This document shows, piece after piece, positions 51,092 to 61,508 of a DNA stretch of 64,000 nucleotides. Numbering within the stretch: position 1 is the stretch's first letter; the number at the start of each line of letters is the position of its first letter. Origin of the DNA: Blepharisma stoltei ATCC 30299 (Eukaryota; Protista; Ciliophora); the NCBI GenBank assembly GCA_965603825.1, contig CBFDEM010000014.1, positions 62,001-126,000 of the forward strand. Direction: 5' to 3'. The notes under the pieces were generated by a model. It ran no database searches. It saw nothing but the letters and a program-made list of their open reading frames with translations, and had not been told where the DNA came from. The translations under genes and the position numbers were made by a program.

Positions 51092-52804
51092 TTAATCAGT
51101 AATTGTTCTCTCAGCTCTTTCCTCTTCATTTAAAAACCATTCATGCTCTAACAAAGCACTCAGAGATATTCTATTTGCTGGTCTTCTTGTTAATAAATTT
51201 TTAATTACATCTTTTGCTGCTTCACTTATATTGCAGAAATTTTTCCCTTCTAAATCAATAGGTTTTTTAAGGATTCTTGTCGCTATATCTTGATCATTTT
51301 TTCCATAAAATGGCATTCTACCTACCAAAAGGATATAAGCTATTACTCCAAGTCCCCAAATATCTACTGATTCTCTATAAGGAATCCTTGATAAAATTTC
51401 TGGCGAGGCATATTTTAAAGTTCCTACCGATTCCTGAGAATATTGATGTGGGCCTAAAATGCAGCTTAGTCCAAAATCAATAAGTATAGGCTTTAAATTC
51501 CTATCCTTATCAGTTTCAATTAGGATATTTTCTAGCTTAAGGTCTCTATGAATTATTCCATTAGAATGTAAAAACTCCAAAGCATTTGCTAAATCCTTTA
51601 TAATTTTTTTTGCAACATTTTCTCTGATAGAAAATTCTCTATCTTTAAGCCAGGTAAATAAAGATCCACCTGATATATAATCTGTGACTATAAAAAGCTC
51701 ATTTGCGGTCTCATATACAGATTCTAGTCGTAAAATGCTTTCGTGTGTTATAAGTTTTAAGATATTAATTTCTCTTCTTAGTCTTGTTTCTGACCTTGCA
51801 TCTAGTGGTTCTTTTGATATAACTTTTACAGCGACAGTATTGCCTGTATGCTTATTTCTGCCTAATTTGACTTCTCCATAAGCGCCTTTTCCTATAGTTT
51901 CGGTGGTTTCATAATCAGCATAAAAATCTTTAAATTCCGTTTCACCCCTTATTGATGCCATTCATTTTTCTTTTTGAGCTAGGCTTTCAGCTTCAAATGT
52001 GTATTCAAATTTAGTATTTTTCAGTACAAAACTGTTCCCTGATGATTCTTCCACAAATAAATCGCTGGCAAAAATAATTCCAGCTGGATTACTCGCTACT
52101 CTATCCTTGCTTATTGCATAATACAAACTTTTATTTTTCAATAGAAAATAGTAATCTCTGTTGCTATATATAAGTTTCCCTTCCATCACATTTTCTAATC
52201 CTTCACAAAGTAATTTTTTAGGTAAAAAACACTCGTCAATAATCGCAGGAAATGAGTTAAAAATACATTGCAAAACTAATTCACCGACTTCACTATTCAG
52301 CTGGATTGACTCTTTGAATTCTTCTAAATGAATATAATCTCTGTCTTCGAAAAGTTCCTGGACTTTTTCTTTATAATCCCATACAACCATAAGTCTCTTT
52401 TTGCATTTCGGACAATACATAGGCAAGTAAGATAAAATGAATAAAACATCATTTGAAGATATATGACTACTTTTACTGAAATCAAAAATTTTAAATAGTA
52501 TCTCAGAAATTTCTCCAAAGGTTCCTTTATAGAGAAGAATTAATCCATTCAGAAACTCTTTGATATCCAATTTGTTATCTTCATCTTCGTCTAGCGAATT
52601 GAATAACTGCTCGCCTAAAATACCCGAAAGTTTGGTAAACCTTAAAAATTGATCACGATTGATTCCATCATCAGATTGACCACAGCGTTTAGAGAGCTCT
52701 CTGAAAATTCTTTTGAGTTTCCTCCTCTCAGTTTTAGAGCCATCATGGCCAGATAGTTTTAAAGCTGCTCGCATTTTAAAACTTGATAAGGAATTTCGGC
52801 ACAT
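51092..52804 (-). CDS. EF-hand + PH + Ser/Thr kinase (alveolate CDPK7-like architecture; ~570 aa)
   Basis: EF loop DEDEDNKLDIKE, PH C-terminal helix QKEK-W(TGA 51962-51964)-M..I, and kinase motifs GKGAYG, HRDLKLEN, DFG and GTLKYASPE. Confidence 0.9.
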
Positions 52805-53144
52805 ATTCTAATATTTATATTAAGTTAAATTTCTAGCATAAAAGAAATCATCATGATGAATTTAATGAAAAATCCAAGTAAGATGGAGAAATTTATTTGA
52901 ATGCAACGCTAATCTGAAAGATGTATTTAATTTATGATAAATTAACAAAATAGATGACGGCTTAAAGAGTTTATTTAAGTACTGATTCATATACTGACTA
53001 ATAAAATGAACTTACATTATATTCTAGATAAATTAAAATGAGAATTATAATAGAATTCAAAATTTTTTGATTCGTGTATGATGGCTCATTTATAATTTAA
53101 TTTAACTGCATATGAAAAATTAGCTGATAGTTCAATATATAATT

Positions 53145-54323
53145 TTAATAATTAGGATTCTTATTAAACGAAAACCACGTAGAAAACATGCTCTCTTCTC
53201 CTTCAGTTTTAAACTCTATCAAAGCACTTTCATAAGCAGAAAGTTTTGATTTCTCGTCAGTGCTTTTAGAAAAAACTTCTTTATTTGTCTTTGTAAACAG
53301 CTGCTTGTTAGGGCTTCTTAATAAAAAGGATTTGTCTTTTTTGTCCAAAGAAGCAGCAGAGTTTGATTTTTCTTCGGTAGGGAATATAGAATTAGAATAC
53401 AGCGAACTTGTCAGCACAGATTGTTCGTTATTAATTGGCTGAGGCTCAGGGAAAACTCCTCCTATCTGCTTCCAATAATAATAAAGCTGCCATGGCACAG
53501 GTGATTCCAAGCTTAAATAAATATCCCCAATAGTAATTTTCTCCTGGCTTCTATTAAATTCAATTAATTTTCCTTCCCATGATGCCAATAGTCCTATCAT
53601 ATAATCATTCGTAGAGCTCTCTATAAATGCAGGGTTTCACTTTACCTTAAGATGATCTAAGACCTCAATAAGCAGCATATTAGACCTCATATATAATTCC
53701 AATCTAGGGTTAAATCCATGCCTTACGAGCGCTTTGTGATAATTTGGGCTAAACGGCAATAATTGGACGTTTAAAGTATCAGGTACTCCTCTATATAAAA
53801 AATACTTCAGTACAAAACTTCCTCTATTTTTATTTTTCCCACAAAATTGACAAATTCGATCTTCGTCAGATTGACGCAAAAGTGGAGGGATGCCTAATAA
53901 GGATTTTTGGGGATGGTTATATTTGGATTTTACAGTGAAAGATAAAGCTTTCATACAGTTCTAAATATTTTTTACTGAGAAAAGGGTCATATTTTTTGAA
54001 AGGGCTCTCACTTCTTTTTTAAGGTGTGATGAAGAGCCTAAGGAGGTTAAATCGAAATTACTGAGTTTGAAAAATTCTGGGTTAGGGAGACTGGAATTCA
54101 AGGGCATTCCTGCTGATTCACAGAGTTTTTTTATAGTAATTAAACCGCGATAATATAATAATTTTACTTTTTCTGCTGTTTCTCGGCCTTGGTTCTAAAT
54201 AATCATCACTTTTCTGAGCTGAAGAAAATAAAGTTGCAGGGCTTTGTAGTCAGGATCAATTTCCATGGCTTGATAAAAAGCTTGTTTTTCTTTTTCGCTC
54301 CAAATTTTCCAAAGATCCGCCAT
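53145..54323 (-). CDS. SANT-domain TKI1/Cramped-like chromatin protein, two 15-nt introns (54195-54209, 53961-53975)
   Basis: WSEKEKQAFYQA..KVKLLYYR, then VQLLP...GFNPRLEL...VLDHLKVK-W(TGA) and TIGDIYL.L.SP...L.Y.W. Both introns remove TAG codons and keep the frame. Confidence 0.82.
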
Positions 54324-54509
54324 TTTACAATAATAGTAAGCTGTATCTGAGCAGAATTAGAATTCCTTTTCGCGTTTTAATATCTCATTTCCTATACAAA
54401 TTATTTACAATTTAAATATTTTTCAATCCCTATTCAATACGAATATGAATTTTATCCAATAATTTATTAGAAAATTTAATTAAAAGATTCTAATAAGAGT
54501 AAATATACT

Positions 54510-55568
54510 CTAAGCTAATGCAAAAGAATGCTTCCTAGAGATTCTTCTTTCGAATTTTTCCCCTTCATCATTATCATTATCATCAAGCAAGCTTTCCCTC
54601 ATTTCTTCAGTTTTCCCCTTTTCTTCATCTAAATAGAACTTTTCTTCAGTATCTCCTGGAATTTTTACCTTGGATCCTGCATAAGTAACAGTGAGATTTC
54701 CTGCCATAACAATGGCTCCTCCAATATAAGTGTATATTGCAGGAGGCGGCTGAATCCCTACAACCCAGCCTATAAATGACCCAATTACTGGCTCAAAGTT
54801 AATAAATACTGAAATGACAAGACAGGACATGAATTTAAGCAGCCAATTTATAGCACCATGGCCTAATGCTCCTGGGACTAAGCCTAAATATATCACAATA
54901 AGCCAATCGCTTGTATAGATCCATTGAATCCCTTCAATTGGGGCGTCTCCTTGGACTGCAACTGCAAAAATGTAGGCCCAGAGTGCAGCTTCCATATTAG
55001 CTATTGTCAAATAAGTCCACATAGGGACACATTTTTCCATAAGTTTCTTTCCTATAAGCATATAAATTGCCAATGTAATTGCCGTCATGAAGGCTATGAC
55101 GTCTCCATACCAAGTAGACCCTTCGCTTTCAGAGTTCCCAAAAATAACGACGCTAAGTCCTACAAATCCTATAACTACTCCAACGATTTCTAAAGGAGCC
55201 ACTTTTTTGCAGAGTAGAAAATATGCAACTACCACTACAAGTGGAGCTGAACAGGAAAACAAGAGCGAGTGGGCGATTGACGTTAAATCTAAGCTCCAAC
55301 ACCACAGGCTAAAAGTAAGCCCAAGGCAGAGGCCAGAGATTAATAAATAATGCCAGCAGTCTCTGATCATGGTTTTGACTGCCTCTGGATCTTTACGAAT
55401 CTCGTAAACCATAGGGACGATCTGAAGAATTGCAGTCACTTCAAGTCTCCAACAAGCTTTCATGAACGGGCTAACTGAAGTTATTTGTTCAAAAGCTGCA
55501 GCGGCTGAGCTCAATGCAGCCATTGCAAAAACTAGGATCCCATACAACCCTATATCGCGGGCGTGCAT
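54510..55568 (-). CDS. EamA/DMT-superfamily transporter
   Basis: About 10 TM helices in two repeats; SLDLTSIAHSLL...PL, GDVIA, GHGAINW.LK and FEPVIGS.IG. Confidence 0.92.
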   Translation of the reverse strand: MHARDIGLYGILVFAMAALSSAAAAFEQITSVSPFMKACWRLEVTAILQIVPMVYEIRKDPEAVKTMIRDCWHYLLISGLCLGLTFSLWCWSLDLTSIAHSLLFSCSAPLVVVVAYFLLCKKVAPLEIVGVVIGFVGLSVVIFGNSESEGSTWYGDVIAFMTAITLAIYMLIGKKLMEKCVPMWTYLTIANMEAALWAYIFAVAVQGDAPIEGIQWIYTSDWLIVIYLGLVPGALGHGAINWLLKFMSCLVISVFINFEPVIGSFIGWVVGIQPPPAIYTYIGGAIVMAGNLTVTYAGSKVKIPGDTEEKFYLDEEKGKTEEMRESLLDDNDNDEGEKFERRISRKHSFALA

Positions 55569-55784
55569 TTTATTATTGTAATTTTATGAAATTAGATTGA
55601 ACTGAAATAAAAAGGAAAACGATATTGATTTTAGGCTATTTTTGCAAGCTAATTTTAAGATAAGCAATAGAAATAGTCGTTAAAAATTAAAAATAGCTTC
55701 GTTATAATAAAAGAAGTTATAAATAACACATTTTTGTAGGAATTTGATTTTTGGATGATGACGTAATATATATTATTATGGTAA

Positions 55785-55866
55785 TGTAGGCAATTAAATA
55801 GTGAATTATAATTTATTATGCTGATTGTAGGCAATTAAATAGTGAATTATAATTTATTATGCTGAT
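55785..55866. repeat. Perfect 41-bp tandem direct repeat, two copies
   Basis: TGTAGGCAATTAAATAGTGAATTATAATTTATTATGCTGAT at 55785-55825 and 55826-55866. Confidence 0.95.
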
Positions 55867-56605
55867 GATTGAATTATTTCAATCTGGAAATAGAAGTTTA
55901 TCTAATTTAAGGCAGGCATGATTTTAAATAAAACAAAAGATTTATTTACATAAATAATGTGATATCATATTATCCAGAAATAAATCAATGCTATTTTGTG
56001 TGTTTAAAGTACATGATATTTTATTAATAATGCCCATCTATCTCTGCAAATCAATTCCTTATTTATTAATATTTTTCGCAATGGAAAATTCATTTAAAAT
56101 CACAGTTATTATGATTTTTAAACCTACATAAATAAAAAAAGTTTAATCAAAATTTAATACATTAAAGCTTGTCTCTGATATACATAATTTCTGGAGCAAT
56201 AGTTTGTCAAAATCATAGCAATCTTGACCAATATTATCAGCCCAAATAGTCATGATTAGTAATTGCAGTTTTTTCTGGATCCTTAAAAAGCTTATGATTG
56301 CAGCTTGAGCGGTAGCAAGTCTTGCTTAGCGGTATATATTCAAGGCTTGATTTTTAGATGGCTGTATTATTGAAATAGAATTGATTGAGTCAGTATAGGG
56401 AGTGCAGGAAATGCTTGTAAAAGTTGAGATACAATTTTTCTCTTATTTCTGGCGCATACTTGAGCTTTGAGGCTAACTAAGTTATTGGCAAATATTCAAA
56501 GAATTCCATTAGCTCATCAGTTTGAGCATTAAAATTTCTGCAAATAAGTTATTATTCTTCAAATCGTAAGTCTATCTTTGGAGCCAAAGATATTATAATT
56601 TTCTT

Positions 56606-56651
56606 AAGAGTCTTTATTCAATCGAATTTATTCGATTCAATCAAGACTCTT
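56606..56651. repeat. Imperfect inverted repeat (21-bp arms, 2 mismatches, 4-nt loop)
   Basis: AAGAGTCTTTATTCAATCGAA-TTTA-TTCGATTCAATCAAGACTCTT. Confidence 0.85.
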
Positions 56652-57272
56652 GGCATTTATATATCTAGTTGGATTTGGGAAAACAGCTGAGGATTCCATT
56701 ATTAATTATAAAAAAGTAATCAGTTTACAAATCAAGGATGATTCCTAAGCATTAAGTTCATGCCAATTATATTTATAAGTATTGGTAAAGTTACCTGAAT
56801 TTGTCATTTTTGAGCCAATTCTGGGTACTTATATTAGCCTTAAATTTATAAATTTAATTATTCTAATCGAATCTGCTGATTAAATATCGTAACTGCAAAA
56901 ATCATAATATCTCAAAGTCAAATATTATTAACTCTATGGAATATCCAAGTATAACCATTAGTAAATCTTTCTAATATACTTGACACGCAAAAGCTTTAAT
57001 AAGCGAATATATATATATATATACCTAATAAATCCGCCAGCAATCTTTATTTGAAGCCTCTCTATTAGAATTTTTATTTATCATGATGCACCTAGTTAAT
57101 ATTAATTCCGCTGTAAAAGTCTTAATAGTATTCAAGAAGCACAATTTTTATAAAAATTTCTATTTAAAATAAGCCGAAAATAAAAATTAAACCTATCCTC
57201 ATTTAACACATTTTTATTTTATTTTTCATATTTATTTCTACGATCGGTATCTAATTTATTCTAAAATTTATC

Positions 57273-58379
57273 ATGTCGCTTAATAACTTCGAAATCATTT
57301 CAAAAATTGGTGAAGGCTCTTTTGCACAGGTTTTTAAAGTAAAGCGACTAGCAGACTCCAAATATTATGCTCTTAAACAGATTCGGATAACTGATCTAAG
57401 CTCAAAAGAAAAACTTAACGCCCTCAACGAAATAAGAATTTTGGCCTCCATCAATCACCCTAACATCATAGGCTACAAAGAAGCGTTTTTTGACGACAAT
57501 TCCCGGACTTTATGGTAATTCATAGTCAGCATTATAATGGAATATGCAGATGGAGGAGATTTACATACAAAAATTAAAAATCATATACTATGCAATACAT
57601 CTTTTCCAGAATCCCAAATTTGGACTATTTTTATCCAGCTGATAAGAGGGCTTAAAGCTTTACATGATAATAAAATCTTGCACAGAGATCTGAAATCGGC
57701 CAATATTTTTATGTGTAGTGATGGGACTGTTAAAATAGGAGACATGAATATAGCAAAAATTAGTAAAAATGGATTTGCAAATACAATGGTTGGTACTCCA
57801 TTTTATGCAAGCCCAGAAATCTGGCAATATCAGACTTATAATTTAAAAAGTGATATGTGGTCTTTAGGCTGCATTATTTATGAAATGATTACACTTCACC
57901 CTCCGTTTATCGCCAGTGATATAAAATCACTTTACAAAAAAATTTCATTAGGAAATTATAAGAGGCTTCCTACGCAGTATTCAACCGATTTAAATAATAT
58001 AGTAAGACAATTGCTTTCTATAAAGCCAGAATTCAGGCCTTCCTGCAGCAGGCTCCTAAATATGCATGAGGTTTTAAAAAATGCTGAGCTAAAAGAAGAT
58101 TCTTCTTCCATTTGTCTTTTAAAAACTATCAGAATAAAGGATTCTTTTACTATGTCTGGGGTCGGAAATTTTCCACCATCAAATTATAAAACTGAAATTT
58201 CAAACAGTGCAAGAAAGACTCCCAGAATTACAGTCACTCTTTCTCCTAAGAAAGAAATAAAAATGCCAAAGCGGACAATCAGAAGAAGTATTACACAAAA
58301 GCAACCCCTTCCGCCGCTAGAAAAGAAATTAGAAATCATCAGATTCAGGATTTTATCGATTCAAAGAACTATGAAATAA
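57273..58379 (+). CDS. NEK/NIMA-related Ser/Thr kinase, one 15-nt intron (57515-57529)
   Basis: KEKLNALNEIRILASINHPNIIGYKEAF; splicing restores TLCIIMEYADGG; HRDLKSANIF, KIGDMN and GTPFYASPE follow. Confidence 0.94.
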
Positions 58380-58462
58380 CTGTAATTATGCATAAGATTT
58401 TTACTAAATTTATTGACTCAAAAAACTATGAAATATATAATTATGCATAAGATTTTTACTAA
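58367..58462. repeat. Imperfect ~40-bp direct repeat spanning the NEK stop codon and the intergenic region
   Basis: AACTATGAAATA...TAATTATGCATAAGATTTTTACTAAA occurs twice (~58367 and ~58424). Confidence 0.8.
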
Positions 58463-58500
58463 AAATTATTAAATATAATTGAAAAATATTTGCAAAACAG

Positions 58501-59871
58501 ATGAAAAAGAAGACAATTATTCTCATCGGCATATATACTGCATATTTCGCCAATGCAATAGTCTTTACTTTGGTGATCCCATTTGCAAGCAAAATGGTCA
58601 TTAAATTTGAAATAGCTGATGACAGATCATCAACAGGCACCTGAGTTGGCCTTATGACCTTCTCTTTGATGTTTGGTAGAACAATTACATCAGCCTGCTG
58701 AGGATCAATTTGTGACAGATGGGGAAGAAAGCCTGTAATGCTTATTGGAATTGCCTCAATTACGATTTTTTCGTTACTTTTTGGCTTTTCGCCTAATTTC
58801 TGATGGGCACTCACATCAAGGTTTCTTTTAGGAGTTTTTACACCTTTAGCAATAGTAACAAAGACCTTGATTTCCGAAATTTGCCCAGACGAGGAACAGC
58901 CTTCAGCCATGGCTTTACAATCTATGCTATGACAAATAGGGCTGGTTGCTGGAAACGTGCTTGGAGGTGTATTAGAGGACCCTGAAAGTTCTGGACTTAT
59001 TAAAAGTGGAATTTTCGCTGACTTTCCTTTTTTATTGCCAAATTGTGTAGCTGCTTTAATAGCATTTCTGTCGTTTTGGCTTGTATACCCGAATTTAGAA
59101 GAAACCCTTCAAAAAACGGAATTAATTGGAGGGAGCTCTATTTCAAATACAAGGACGTCAAAACAGATCATTACAGACCCGGTAGTCTGTAAGATTTTGT
59201 CTGCTTACACAATTTGAGCTAATAACTCAACCGCAATGAACGAGCTTATGGTTTTGTACCTATGAACTGACATTAAATATGGAGGATTTGAGCTAAATCC
59301 GAAAGAAATTGGCCTATTTTTAGGCGCTTCTACCATTTTGATAGCAATTTTTCAAAAAAATATAGCTTCATTTATGATAAAAAAGTATGGACTTGTGAGG
59401 ACTGCAAAAATTACGACGTTTTTGGCTATCCCGATACTTTTATTAGCACCTTTGGCAAGCTTGCTTAATAGAGATTTAGTATTCAGATGAGTAGTTTTGG
59501 CACTGATTCAGATGACATGGATTACTGTGAATATTATTTCCTTTACAGCTATAAGCTGTATGTCTAATAATTCAGTTATTTCACAAGAAAGAGGAAGAAT
59601 GAATGGACTGTTTATGACGTCTGCAAGTTTAGCTAAGTCTATAGCACCTTTGCTGATTGGATTTACTTTTACAAGCACTGTTAAGGATGGGCTATTTTTT
59701 CCTTTGAATTATTCGTTTTCGTTTTATTTGATAGCTGCTATAGAAGTGGTAATGTGGAATATTTGCAAATGGTTGCCAGTATCGTTGAATCAGTCGAAAG
59801 AAAAGCAAGGGTTTCAGCTGATGAAACATCCAGAAGATGACCAGACCGTTATAACGAATATTAATAAATAG
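58501..59871 (+). CDS. MFS transporter, ZIFL/DHA1-like (~456 aa)
   Basis: ATG 58501 is open to TAG 59871 with seven TGA(Trp) codons; motif A W(TGA)GSICDRWGRKPV, RFLLG, FPFLLPN and ERGRMNG. Confidence 0.9.
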
Positions 59872-59949
59872 ATAAGCCAAGCTTTTTGATAATAAAATAA
59901 TGCCTTATGCTTATTAATAAATTTTCAGATGGCTTATTTTTTATCAATT

Positions 59950-61401
59950 TTACAAATAATTATTTATTAAATCACTATTATCAGAATCTACATCAACAGT
60001 CGCATAATCTACTTCTAGATACCCTTGCATATACCGAACATGGAAATTACTAAAAATAGTCCCTAGCATATATGGCAGCCTTATTTGTGGGAAAAAATAA
60101 TAGCTGTTCGTATTCGCAAGATTTTGAAATAAATCAAAAATTAGTCTTCCAAGGTAATAATGGCTTACAGCGTCAACATTACTATTAACAATATCAATTG
60201 AAATAATTTTTAGTCGTAAGGGATAGCCTTTTAAATAGTAATTTCCATCAATATAAACATTGATTAAATATTGCAGCTGAACTGTGGCATTAAAAGCTGA
60301 TATAAATTCATCTTTATCCATTGCCATTACATTGGCATTTACAATTAAATTTCCTTGCAGACCTAGATTAGGAATAGATTTTATGTATGGGATGGAGCCG
60401 TATGTAATATTAATTTGCATAGGAGTTGTTCCAAAATGTGAATAAACTTCAGGAAAATACCCAGAGTTTGAGACTAGTTGTATGTTGAAGCTTGCAGGAA
60501 AAGAGCTCACAAGGAAATTTGGGTATGCGGTCCAAATTGCCCAAAAATACGAATTAATCATATACTCCGACATAAAAATCTGGGTATTATTTATTGATTT
60601 CGGATCCAAATTTCTCGTCGGCATCTCCACAGGTGGCGCTATCTCACTTATCAGCTGTGCATTCCCCTTAGATGGCAAAATCGTCCCATTATACACAAAT
60701 GCCATATATTCATCAGACACAATCACCTCATTATTAGCTCACGATATATCAACCACAAAAGGAACCCCAAAAACCAGCCTCGGATAATAATTAAAATGCT
60801 GAAAGAAAAAATTAATTTGGCTTTCAAAAGAACTCGCAAATGCTGCATTTGCATGTGTTTGCAACAAAGATACAAGGTTTTGCTCAATAGTATCTTGGAC
60901 TTTTTGGTTTAAAGGCAAATTTAAATCTAGGGACGTCACATTTAATATCAAATATTCCATTTTTACCTGTGGAATCGAGTTTATTTCAAATAAAGACAGG
61001 TTAAAATACAATTGAGCGTCATTCATAACGGCATTTCCATGCCCTGTGTTATTTATAGCAAAGCCAAGCTCTTGGTAATCAAAGGAGATATTTCCTTGAA
61101 AATCGTGAAATAAGACATATAGATAAGACGGAGAAGTCAACTGAATGACTGTGTCTTGTGGAATCACTTTAGCATTAACAAGGTAAATATTGGTGATATT
61201 CATGGTAATTTCTCGAAAACCATCATAAGAGTTGTAGAAGATTGGGCTGAGCTTGCCTGAGGAGATACCAAGGAACATGTTAGGGAGCAGCTCTTTGATG
61301 TAGGTTGTTATATCGTTCATGTTTCTTGAGAATATAAGGCCTGGGTTGATTGCTGCTGTGAGGATTATTGTGATAGAAATTATTGAAAAATTCCACAACA
61401 T
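59950..61401 (-). CDS. BPI/LBP/CETP-superfamily lipid-binding protein, secreted (~483 aa)
   Basis: Signal peptide followed by INPGL, and FMSEYMINSYFWA typical of BPI C-terminal domains. Two ORFs join at TGA 60739-60741. Confidence 0.78.
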
Positions 61402-61508
61402 TTATTAATTATTAATTTTTTCAAAATTTCTAGTAAATTAGCCTATAAAAATCCCAGCGTATTATTTATTGCTATTTTTTATAGTCACTTTTACATGTAA
61501 AACTAAAA

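Noticed and set aside
55785-55866. CRISPR-like array
   Set aside because: Only two adjacent identical units with no spacers, in a eukaryotic context.
57007-57023. (AT)8 microsatellite
   Set aside because: Expected in AT-rich intergenic DNA; no evidence of function.
57458-57465. CCCTAACA heterotrich telomere-like unit
   Set aside because: Single copy inside the NEK coding sequence (HPNI); chance occurrence.
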